Assembly (NCBI GenBank): GCA_031552235.1
Contig: JAVBMR010000002.1
Coordinates: 200,915 to 264,914 of the forward strand
Direction of reading: 5' to 3'
DNA from: Tidjanibacter sp.
Lineage (GTDB): Bacteria; Bacteroidota; Bacteroidia; Bacteroidales; Rikenellaceae
DNA: 64,000 bases
Of this stretch, positions 20,582-28,392 are shown piece by piece. Both the position numbers and the translations under genes were made by a program. Within the stretch, counting starts at the first letter, position 1, and each line of letters begins with the position of its first letter. A model generated the notes under the pieces. It saw nothing but the letters and a program-made list of their open reading frames with translations. It was not told the DNA's origin and made no database searches.

Positions 20582-22768
20582 ATGGAGGAAAAAATTGATA
20601 TCGAGGCCCTGGAATTGAAATTCGGCGACTTCCTGAGGCATGCCGACGGATACTTCAGCGAACACAGCATGGGCCTGGTGCGCAGGGCGCTGGCCATTGC
20701 CGACAATGCTTTGGCAGGGTCGCTGCGCTATGACGGCACGCCGATGGTGTACCATTCGACCAAAACCGCCGAGATTGTTTTCGCCGAGATAGGGCTGGGG
20801 CGCAATTCCGTTATTTCGACCCTGCTGCACGACGTGGTGCGCATGGGCAAGCTGACGGCCGAAGAGGCCGGGGCGATGTTCGGCGAACAGTGCGTAGAGA
20901 TCATCAAAGGGCTGACCAACATCTCGGAAGTCCGCACGAAGCAGTCGAACGAGCAGGCCGAGAACTTCCGCGACCTGATAGTTTCCTATTCGACCGACCC
21001 CAGGGTAATACTCATAAAACTGGCCGACAGGCTGGAGGTTATGCGTTCGCTGGAGATGTTCCCCGACGCCAAGCGCCGCAAGAAGAGCTGGGAGAGCCTG
21101 AACCTCTACGCGCAGATAGCGCACAAGTTGGGGTTGTATTCTATCAAGAGCGAGTTGGAGGACATCTCGCTGCGCTTCCTCGAACCCGAGGCCTACGCCG
21201 ACATACAGACCAAGCTCGAAGAATCGGCCGAAGAGCGCGACAGGTTCATTTACGAGTTCCTCATACCCATCCGCGCCAAACTCGACGAGGCAGGCGTCCA
21301 CTACAAGATAAAGAGCCGCACGAAATCCATCTACTCGATCTGGAGCAAGATGCGGCGCGTGAAAATACCCTTCGAGGACATTTACGATATTTTCGCCCTA
21401 CGCATCGTTTTCGAGTCGCCGCAGGACAGGGAAAAGCCCGAGGCATGGCAGATATATTCCATCGTCACCGACTTCTACACGCCCAACCCGGAGCGCATGC
21501 GCGACTGGATCTCGATCCCCAAGTCGAACGGCTACGAATCGCTGCACACCACCGTGGTGACCAAAGAGGGGAAATGGGTCGAGATACAGATACGCTCGGA
21601 GCGCATGGACGAGGTTGCCGAACGAGGCATCGCCGCCCACTGGCGCTACAAGGGCGTGCAGCAGGGCGGACTGAGCAGCGAGCAATGGCTTGCCAAGCTG
21701 CGCGAGTTGATGGAAGGCGACACGCACGGGCTTGCCGACCGCTTCGAAAATTCGGGGTCGTCGGGCGAAATATTCGTGTTCACGCCCAACGGCGACCTGC
21801 GCAAACTCCCCAAGGGGGCGACGCTGCTCGACTTCGCGTTCGACATCCATAGCAACCTGGGCGCCACCACGATAGGCGGCAAGGTCAACCACCGCAACGT
21901 GCAGATACGCGAGGTGTTGCATAACGGCGACATAGTCGAGATAACCACCTCCAAGGCCCAGAAGCCCAAGGCCGACTGGCTCCAGATTGTCAAGACGGGC
22001 AAGGCCCGCAACAAGATAAAGGCATACCTGCGCGAGGAGCAGGCCAAGGCGGCGAGCCTCGGCCGCGAGGAACTGGAACGCAAGATAAAAAATTGGAAGA
22101 TAGCCATTTCGATGGAAGACGCCGTGACCGTGCTGTGTAAATATTACAAGGTCAAGACCGGCACCGAGGTCTACGGGCAGATAGCGGATGGGAAGGTCGA
22201 TGTGGCTGATATCAAGGATGTACTGGCACGCTACCTTGCCGGCGAACCGCTGACCGAAACCAAGGCCCGGGGCCCGGAAAAGGCCAAAGCGCTCGGAGTA
22301 TCTCCCGAAGACGCGCTTGTGATAGACGATACGATCAAGAACCTCGACTACAAGTTGGCCAAGTGCTGCAACCCGATACGGGGCGACGAGGTTTTCGGGT
22401 TCGTTACCGTGAACTCGGGCGTGACCATCCACCGCGACGACTGCCCCAACGCCGCACGCCTCAAGGAGTTATACGCATACCGTGTGCTGCCCGCCCGCTG
22501 GCGCGACAGCAAGATGGCCGGAAGCGCGTTCCAAGCTACGATACGTGTTGTGGCGGACAACGCCACCGGCATGCTCAACCGCATAACCGAGGTCATCAGC
22601 CACGAGCTGAAAATTAACATCCGTTCCATGAGCCTCAGCCCAAATGCTAAAGGAGAACTTACGGGGCTGATAAACATAGAGGTCAACGGAGCCCAACTCG
22701 TCGACATGGTAATATATAACGTGAACCGCATCAAGGGCGTGCAGAAGGTATACAGGGTAAACAATTAA
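20582..22768 (+). CDS. relA: bifunctional RelA/SpoT-family (p)ppGpp synthetase/hydrolase
   Basis: HD domain (HDVV...), RelA_SpoT synthetase block (YESLHTTV...EIQIRS..MD..AE.GIAAHW), and TGS and ACT-like C-terminal domains. Confidence 0.9.
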   Translation: MEEKIDIEALELKFGDFLRHADGYFSEHSMGLVRRALAIADNALAGSLRYDGTPMVYHSTKTAEIVFAEIGLGRNSVISTLLHDVVRMGKLTAEEAGAMFGEQCVEIIKGLTNISEVRTKQSNEQAENFRDLIVSYSTDPRVILIKLADRLEVMRSLEMFPDAKRRKKSWESLNLYAQIAHKLGLYSIKSELEDISLRFLEPEAYADIQTKLEESAEERDRFIYEFLIPIRAKLDEAGVHYKIKSRTKSIYSIWSKMRRVKIPFEDIYDIFALRIVFESPQDREKPEAWQIYSIVTDFYTPNPERMRDWISIPKSNGYESLHTTVVTKEGKWVEIQIRSERMDEVAERGIAAHWRYKGVQQGGLSSEQWLAKLRELMEGDTHGLADRFENSGSSGEIFVFTPNGDLRKLPKGATLLDFAFDIHSNLGATTIGGKVNHRNVQIREVLHNGDIVEITTSKAQKPKADWLQIVKTGKARNKIKAYLREEQAKAASLGREELERKIKNWKIAISMEDAVTVLCKYYKVKTGTEVYGQIADGKVDVADIKDVLARYLAGEPLTETKARGPEKAKALGVSPEDALVIDDTIKNLDYKLAKCCNPIRGDEVFGFVTVNSGVTIHRDDCPNAARLKELYAYRVLPARWRDSKMAGSAFQATIRVVADNATGMLNRITEVISHELKINIRSMSLSPNAKGELTGLINIEVNGAQLVDMVIYNVNRIKGVQKVYRVNN

Positions 22769-22770
22769 CG

Positions 22771-23793
22771 ATGGTAGAGGAGACAGAGAAGGAGACGGGT
22801 GTGAAGGCCGGTGCGGAAATGGTTCCGCAGAAGGGAGCGACGATGACGGCGAAGTTGTTGAGGCGGCTCTATTCCGGCTTGGGATTATTCTTCGTGGGAT
22901 TGGCCGTTCTGGGCGTGGTGTTGCCCGTGCTGCCAACGACGCCGTTTTTGCTCGTGGCGCTGTGGCTGTTCACTAAAAGTTCCGCACGCCTGCGCCGCTG
23001 GCTGCTGACCAACAGGATGTTCGGCAAATATCTCAGCGACTACAAAAGCGGCCGGGGGATACCCTTGAAAAGCAAAATATACATATTGGCGCTGCTGTGG
23101 GGGACGATAACTTATTCCGCCCTGTGGGCTGTGGATGTGTTGTGGGTGAAGATCATGCTGTTCGCCGTCGCCGGCGGGGTGACGGTGCATATAATGCACA
23201 TCCGCACGAAGCCGTGCCGGCGGAAGATAATAGTGGTTGTACCGACGGAAGTCGAGAGCGAATATTTCGCAGGCCTTTTGCCCGATGACGTGGAGGTCGT
23301 CGTAGGCGGGGTGGGGATGGCCGCCGCGGGAGCGGCGGCCGCAAGGGCCGCGGCAGGGCGGCCGGACATGGCCATTCTGGCCGGGATCGCGGGCGCGTAT
23401 CCCGGGAGTGGCATTGCCGTGGGCGATTGTGTGCTTGTGTCCAGCGAATTTGTCGCCGATCAGGGGGCGTTCCGGCAGGATGGCTTCACGCCGCTGTATG
23501 CCCGGAATATAGAATGCCCGTATGTGTGTGATATACAGGCTGTGCCGAGCGTGCCGGGATGTACGGTAAACGCGGCGGCAGGGTCGTTCTTCGCCCCGGC
23601 GGGGGCGGTCGAAAACATGGAGGGCGCCGCGTTCTTCGCCGTGTGCGAGGGGCTGGGCGTGCCTTTCCTTGAGGTGCGCGCCGTGTCGAACATGACCACC
23701 GATGCGCGCGCGGACTGGAAACTGGACGAGGCTTGCAAAGCGCTGGCCGAGGGATTAAAAAAGATTATAGATGAAGTTAGGTCTTGGGATTAG
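22771..23793 (+). CDS. mqnB: fusion protein: YbaN/DUF454 inner-membrane domain + futalosine hydrolase (MqnB)-like nucleosidase domain
   Basis: Residues ~25-147 (LPVLPTTPFLLVALWLFTKSSARLRRWLL...) match YbaN/DUF454. Residues ~150-340 (KIIVVVPTEVE...ILAGIAGAY...VENMEGAAFFAVC...EVRAVSNM) match the PNP_UDP_1/MqnB type. It is one uninterrupted frame. Confidence 0.7.
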   Translation: MVEETEKETGVKAGAEMVPQKGATMTAKLLRRLYSGLGLFFVGLAVLGVVLPVLPTTPFLLVALWLFTKSSARLRRWLLTNRMFGKYLSDYKSGRGIPLKSKIYILALLWGTITYSALWAVDVLWVKIMLFAVAGGVTVHIMHIRTKPCRRKIIVVVPTEVESEYFAGLLPDDVEVVVGGVGMAAAGAAAARAAAGRPDMAILAGIAGAYPGSGIAVGDCVLVSSEFVADQGAFRQDGFTPLYARNIECPYVCDIQAVPSVPGCTVNAAAGSFFAPAGAVENMEGAAFFAVCEGLGVPFLEVRAVSNMTTDARADWKLDEACKALAEGLKKIIDEVRSWD

Positions 23794-23820
23794 TTTAAAC
23801 TTGTCGACAATAAAAATATT

Positions 23821-23947
23821 GGCAGCTATATGCGACATCACGCTGAATTTGCATGTTGTCGGATTTTGCCCGGCAAAATCCGGTCGCACGCCGCTGCCCC
23901 AATGCGGCGGGCGACAACTTCGCCGTCGCCCTTGCCCGGCAGCGTGC
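23821..23947 (+). repeat. family B structured repeat, copy 1
   Basis: Roughly 125 nt, about 80-85 percent identical by eye to 52151-52274. It contains hairpins CGGATTTTGC-CCG-GCAAAATCCG and GTCGC-A-CGCCGC-TGCCCCAAT-GCGGCG-G-GCGAC. Confidence 0.75.
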
Positions 23948-24094
23948 CAATAGTGATATTTGTATGGTTGAATATTTGATTTTCAGTGTATTGTGATTTG
24001 TTCTCGGTTTCAAAACCGCCTCGCTCCACATAGGATGCCGCAACACCTCTTTGAGTGGTCGAAGAAACCGTCAAAAAACTGCCCGTAATTTTTT

Positions 24095-24892
24095 ATGAAT
24101 AAACTTAAATTAAGCATATCGCCCTGCCCGAACGACACGTTCATGTTCGACGCGCTCGTGAATGGGCGCATAGACACCGAGGGGCTCGATTTCGAGGTCG
24201 CGTTCGCCGATATCGAGGAGCTGAACTGGGGCGTGGTGGAAGGCCGTGCGGTTATCTCCAAGGTAAGCTGCGCAGTGCTTCCGCTGATAGCCGACAGGTA
24301 TGCGGTACTCGACTCCGGGAGCGCCCTGGGGCGCGGCAACGGGCCGCTGCTGGTGAGCCGGGGCGGCGTCGACCTCTCCGACCCGTCGCTGAGGATTGCC
24401 GTGCCGGGGGAACATACGACTGCGAACTTGCTGATGAACAAAATATTCCCGCACTTGAAAAATAAAAGGCCTTTGCTCTTTTCGGATATTGCGTCTGCTG
24501 TCGCCGACGGGCGGTACGATGCCGGGGTGCTGATACACGAGGGGAGGTTTACGTATGCCGAAAAGGGACTGCGGCTCGAAGCCGACCTCGGAGTGGAGTG
24601 GGACAGGCTTACGGGACTGCCGTTGCCGTTGGGGGCGATAGTGGTTTCGCGCGACGTGCCTGCCGATGTGCGGGAAAAGATAGAGAGGCTGCTTCGCAAA
24701 AGCATAGAATATGCCTTCGCCAACCCGGATGCCGGGGCGGAGTTCATCCGTTCGCACGCGCAGGAACTGTCGCCCGAGGTACTGCGGCAGCATATATATA
24801 TGTTTGTGAACGATTATTCGCTTTCGCTCGACGACGAGGGGCGGCGGGCTGTGATGGCGCTCACGGGGCTTGACGATAAGATATTCGCATGA
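24095..24892 (+). CDS. mqnD: 1,4-dihydroxy-6-naphthoate synthase (futalosine pathway)
   Basis: MNKLKLSISPCPNDTFMFDALVNGRIDTEGLDFEVAFADIEELN is the typical MqnD N-terminus (VitK2_biosynth family). Confidence 0.8.
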   Translation: MNKLKLSISPCPNDTFMFDALVNGRIDTEGLDFEVAFADIEELNWGVVEGRAVISKVSCAVLPLIADRYAVLDSGSALGRGNGPLLVSRGGVDLSDPSLRIAVPGEHTTANLLMNKIFPHLKNKRPLLFSDIASAVADGRYDAGVLIHEGRFTYAEKGLRLEADLGVEWDRLTGLPLPLGAIVVSRDVPADVREKIERLLRKSIEYAFANPDAGAEFIRSHAQELSPEVLRQHIYMFVNDYSLSLDDEGRRAVMALTGLDDKIFA

Positions 24893-26025
24893 TGGAGAAG
24901 TTTTCCGAAATATTGCTTGCGTTGTCTGCCGAGGATAACCTGCGCACCCTGCGCAGCGGCCGTCCCGATGGAAAATATATAGAATACGACGGGCGGCGGT
25001 ATATAAACATGTCGTCGAACGACTATCTGGGACTGGCGGGCGATGTGCGGTTGCAGCAGGCGTTCCTGCGCGAGGCGGCAGGCAGCGACACGTTCCTGAT
25101 GAGCAGTTCCGCCTCGCGCCTGATGACCGGCAACAGTCCTGTGAACGACGCGCTGGAAGGCTCGCTCGCCGCGATGTATCCGGGGAAGGCGGCGCTCGTG
25201 CTTGGCAACGGCTATATGGTCAACAGTGGCTGCCTGCCGGCTTTGGTCGGCGAGCGCGATCTCGTGCTTGCCGACAAACTCGTGCATGCCAGCGTTATAG
25301 ACGGCCTGCGGCTTTGCCCGTGCGACTGGGCGAGGTTCAACCACAACGACATGGGCCACCTCGAAAGCCTTCTGAAAAAGAAACGGGACGGGTACGAGAA
25401 TGTATGGGTCGTGACCGAATCGGTGTTCAGTATGGACGGCGACCGCGCACCCATCGCCGACATTGTGGCGCTTAAAAAACGTTACGGGTTGAGGCTCTGC
25501 CTCGACGAAGCCCATGCTTTCGGGGTGTTCGGGCCGCTCGGCGCGGGATGCGCCGCCGAAGCCGGACTCGATGGCGAGATAGACGTGATAGTCGGCACGT
25601 TCGGCAAGGCGCTGGCGTCGTACGGGGCGTTCGTGGCGCTCGATACGGTCATGCGCGATGTGCTGGTGAACCGCATGCGCACGCTGATATTCTCGACCGG
25701 CCTGCCGCCTGTTGTGATGCTGTGGACGAAGTTCCTGCTCGACCGTATGGCCGAATTCGAACCGCAACGAAAGCATCTTCATGAACTTATCGCAACGCTT
25801 GCCCGGAACACGGCCGAGGCGACACAAATAATCCAGATACCCGCCGGAGCGAACTCCGCGGCCGTGCGAATGTCGGATAAATTCCGCGAGGGCGGCTTCT
25901 GGGCGACCCCGATCCGTTGGCCGACCGTCCCCAAGGGCCAGGCGAGGGTGCGCGTATCGCTCACAGCGTCGATAGACACCGCCGATATACTGCAATTCAG
26001 AGAATTATGGAATTCCATTGGCTGA
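24889..26025 (+). CDS. bioF: 8-amino-7-oxononanoate synthase
   Basis: NDYLGL, TESVFSMDGD and GTFGKA (PLP Lys) motifs. The ATG overlaps the mqnD stop (ATGA). Confidence 0.85.
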   Translation: MMEKFSEILLALSAEDNLRTLRSGRPDGKYIEYDGRRYINMSSNDYLGLAGDVRLQQAFLREAAGSDTFLMSSSASRLMTGNSPVNDALEGSLAAMYPGKAALVLGNGYMVNSGCLPALVGERDLVLADKLVHASVIDGLRLCPCDWARFNHNDMGHLESLLKKKRDGYENVWVVTESVFSMDGDRAPIADIVALKKRYGLRLCLDEAHAFGVFGPLGAGCAAEAGLDGEIDVIVGTFGKALASYGAFVALDTVMRDVLVNRMRTLIFSTGLPPVVMLWTKFLLDRMAEFEPQRKHLHELIATLARNTAEATQIIQIPAGANSAAVRMSDKFREGGFWATPIRWPTVPKGQARVRVSLTASIDTADILQFRELWNSIG

Positions 26026-26729
26026 GGCGCGAGGGTAACGGGCGGCTGGTGCTGTTTGTCCTCGGATGGTCGGCCGACCATCGGATCGTGGAGCACATCT
26101 GCCCGGAGGGCTGCGACGTTCTTGCCGTGTACGACTACAGTGCCGGGGATTTGGACGTGGTCGGCGGCCGAAGTTGCGCCGCCGGGGATACGGCCGGTCA
26201 TGCGGCTGCTACAGCTTCCGGCGGTGCGGCGGCCTTGCGTGATCTGATCGCCGGTTATCCGCAGACGTACCTTTTCGCGTGGAGTTTCGGGGTCTGGGTG
26301 GCCGAACAGCTTCTGGGCGGCATCCCTTTCACCAGGGCGGTAGCACTGAACGGGACACCGCATCCCGTACATGACCAATACGGCATCGAGCCGCGCAGGA
26401 TGGCGGTGACGATACGCGGCCTCCGCGCCGGCGGGATGGACGCTTTCAATCGCCGGACATACGGCGAACATTTCGACCGGTTGGAGCATCTGCTCGCGCC
26501 GCGTCCGCTTGACCGGAATATCGCCGAGCTGGAATTCCTCGCTTCGGCCTCTGTGGCGGAGTATGTGCCTTCCATAGAATGGGATAAAGCCGTCATAGGA
26601 AGCGAAGACCAGATTTTTCCTCCCGAAAATATGCTGCGTTTTTGGGGTTCACGTTCCGAAACCCTACCTTTGCCGCACTATCCGTTCGCCGAGCGCGGGC
26701 TAATCGAAAAAGAAATTGGGCGCAGATAA
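26007..26729 (+). CDS. bioG: pimeloyl-ACP methyl ester esterase BioG (DUF452)
   Basis: MEFHWLRREGNGRLVLFVLGWSADH...LFAWSFGVWVAE...ALNGTPHPV matches the DUF452 pattern. It sits between bioF and bioC. The start is taken at the ATG at 26007. Confidence 0.65.
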   Translation: MEFHWLRREGNGRLVLFVLGWSADHRIVEHICPEGCDVLAVYDYSAGDLDVVGGRSCAAGDTAGHAAATASGGAAALRDLIAGYPQTYLFAWSFGVWVAEQLLGGIPFTRAVALNGTPHPVHDQYGIEPRRMAVTIRGLRAGGMDAFNRRTYGEHFDRLEHLLAPRPLDRNIAELEFLASASVAEYVPSIEWDKAVIGSEDQIFPPENMLRFWGSRSETLPLPHYPFAERGLIEKEIGRR

Positions 26730-27546
26730 GGAACTTATACGTAAACGGTTCGAGGCTAACTTCCGCCGCTACCACCGGCTGGCTCTGGTGCAGAAGGAGA
26801 TCTGCGCCGAGTTGGGCGAATTGGCCGCCGGACTGTGCGGTACGGCATCCGTTTCACGCGAAACGTCAAGCCCTGTTTCGCCGCCGATCGACGGCCACGC
26901 GATACCCGGAACTGCAAGCCCTGTTTCGCGCGCGATGGAAATCGGTGTCGGCACAGGCTTCCTCACCTCGCACCTTGCCCGGCTTTTTCCGCATGCCGAG
27001 TGGTTTCTGAACGATATTTCCGACGCGTCCGAGACTTTCGTGGCCGGGAGCGTTCCCTGTTGCACGGCATTCATGTGGGGCGATGCGGAAAACATGGAAT
27101 TTCCTCAGGGGCTCGACCTGATAGCCTCGGCGTCTACGGTGCAGTGGTTCGACGATCTGCCCGGGTTCGCCCGGCGTGCCTCTGCGGCGACCAGGCCCGG
27201 GGGATGGCTCGTGCTGTCCACTTTCGGGCCGGATAACTTTCGCGAAATCAGAAATGTAACAGGCGAGGGGCTGGAGTATTACAGCCTCGCCGAACTGACC
27301 GGCATCCTCGAATCGGCCGGTTATGAAGTGGTTTCAGGCCGGGAGTACAGCCGTGTGCTACGTTTCGACACGCCGCTCGACGTGCTTCATCATATAAAGG
27401 CCACGGGGGTCAACTCGCTCCGCCAAACACGCTGGGGCCGCCGCCAACTCGACGATTTCGACACGCGTTACAAAGCCGCGCACTCCGAGGGAGAAAGCGT
27501 CGTGCTGACATACCATCCCATCCTGATCGCAGCGCGGAAAACGTAG
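26716..27546 (+). CDS. bioC: malonyl-ACP O-methyltransferase
   Basis: LIRKRFEANFRRYHRLALVQKEI..., SAM motif EIGVGTGFLT, and VLSTFGPDNF. It overlaps the bioG end. Confidence 0.75.
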   Translation: MGADKELIRKRFEANFRRYHRLALVQKEICAELGELAAGLCGTASVSRETSSPVSPPIDGHAIPGTASPVSRAMEIGVGTGFLTSHLARLFPHAEWFLNDISDASETFVAGSVPCCTAFMWGDAENMEFPQGLDLIASASTVQWFDDLPGFARRASAATRPGGWLVLSTFGPDNFREIRNVTGEGLEYYSLAELTGILESAGYEVVSGREYSRVLRFDTPLDVLHHIKATGVNSLRQTRWGRRQLDDFDTRYKAAHSEGESVVLTYHPILIAARKT

Positions 27547-27596
27547 GTTTACCCCATGCAATTTGTTCTGCTCTTTTTTCGGGTTGCAGAACAACC

Positions 27597-27632
27597 CGCA
27601 TCGCCGCCCTAAAGGGGCGGATGGCGGCGATG
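27597..27632 (+). repeat. family C hairpin, copy 1 (CATCGCCGCC-CTAAAGGGGCGGAT-GGCGGCGATG)
   Basis: It shares an identical 23-nt centre, CGCCCTAAAGGGGCGGATGGCGG, with 56269-56302. The outer 5 bp differ between copies but remain complementary. It lies 50 nt after the bioC stop. Confidence 0.7.
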
Positions 27633-27686
27633 AAAAAACTACATGCCTAAAAAGGATAATCCTGTGTTTTGCAGGCAAGGCGGAAG

Positions 27687-28304
27687 CTACTCCTCCTGCG
27701 TTTCTTCGAACTTCAGCGAGCCTGTAAGTTTGGCCGCCGTGTCCACGATTTTGTACTGGTCATTTCCTAAGAAAAAATAACAGGCCGTACCCAAACCTTG
27801 TTTGTAAACGCTGTACATCGAACAATATTTATAGCCTTTGCCGAATTCGTCCCTCGGGTTTGTGAAAAAAATCATCCCGTTATCGGCGTTGTAAATCCTT
27901 TTCACCAACTCGTCGCCTATGGTTACGTTCCTGGGTGAAGGGTGCTTCGATATGTTGAGCCCGATTACGGTAGACATTGTTACAAAAAAACTAACTTGGT
28001 CGGGATCTATCCTCATTATCCTTCCGGTGGTGTCTTTTAGGCTTTCTTCGTAACGCTGTATCAATTCGTCGAGCGGAAATATGAAATAACGTATCTCGAT
28101 ATCTGCCGTGTCGTGCTTTATCGCATAATCATATCTCGCATGGGGGTTATTCACGATCGCGACCGGATAAAATTCTTTGGGCATCTCAAATACCATTTTT
28201 GCCCTTTTCAGTCCGTCTGTGAACGCTTCGGGCAGTTCTGTCTGTGCGAATGCGCCCTGTGCCGTGAGCATAAGGGCGATAATGGCCGCGTAGAATGGTT
28301 TCAT
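27687..28304 (-). CDS. hypothetical secreted protein
   Basis: 205 aa with signal peptide MKPFYAAIIALMLTAQGAFA. It is AT-rich relative to its neighbours, and I recognise no family. Confidence 0.55.
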   Translation of the reverse strand: MKPFYAAIIALMLTAQGAFAQTELPEAFTDGLKRAKMVFEMPKEFYPVAIVNNPHARYDYAIKHDTADIEIRYFIFPLDELIQRYEESLKDTTGRIMRIDPDQVSFFVTMSTVIGLNISKHPSPRNVTIGDELVKRIYNADNGMIFFTNPRDEFGKGYKYCSMYSVYKQGLGTACYFFLGNDQYKIVDTAAKLTGSLKFEETQEE

Positions 28305-28368
28305 AATATCGGAATTTGGGTTAGGGAATAATGAAATGTACGAAAAAAATTAATTCCCGCCAAATTTT

Positions 28369-28376
28369 ATACCTTT
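28369..28376 (+). promoter_or_regulatory. -7 box TACCTTTG upstream of the RNase P RNA gene
   Basis: AAATTTTATACCTTTG lies about 17 nt before the P1 stem of rnpB. Confidence 0.5.
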
Positions 28377-28392
28377 GTCCTGCAATTAAAAA

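Noticed and set aside
22221-22240. A TGGCACGCTACCTTGC sigma-54 -24/-12-like motif.
   Set aside because: It is internal to the relA/spoT coding sequence, and the GG-to-GC spacing is one nucleotide off consensus. I found no intergenic TGGCAC-N5-TTGC match in the window.
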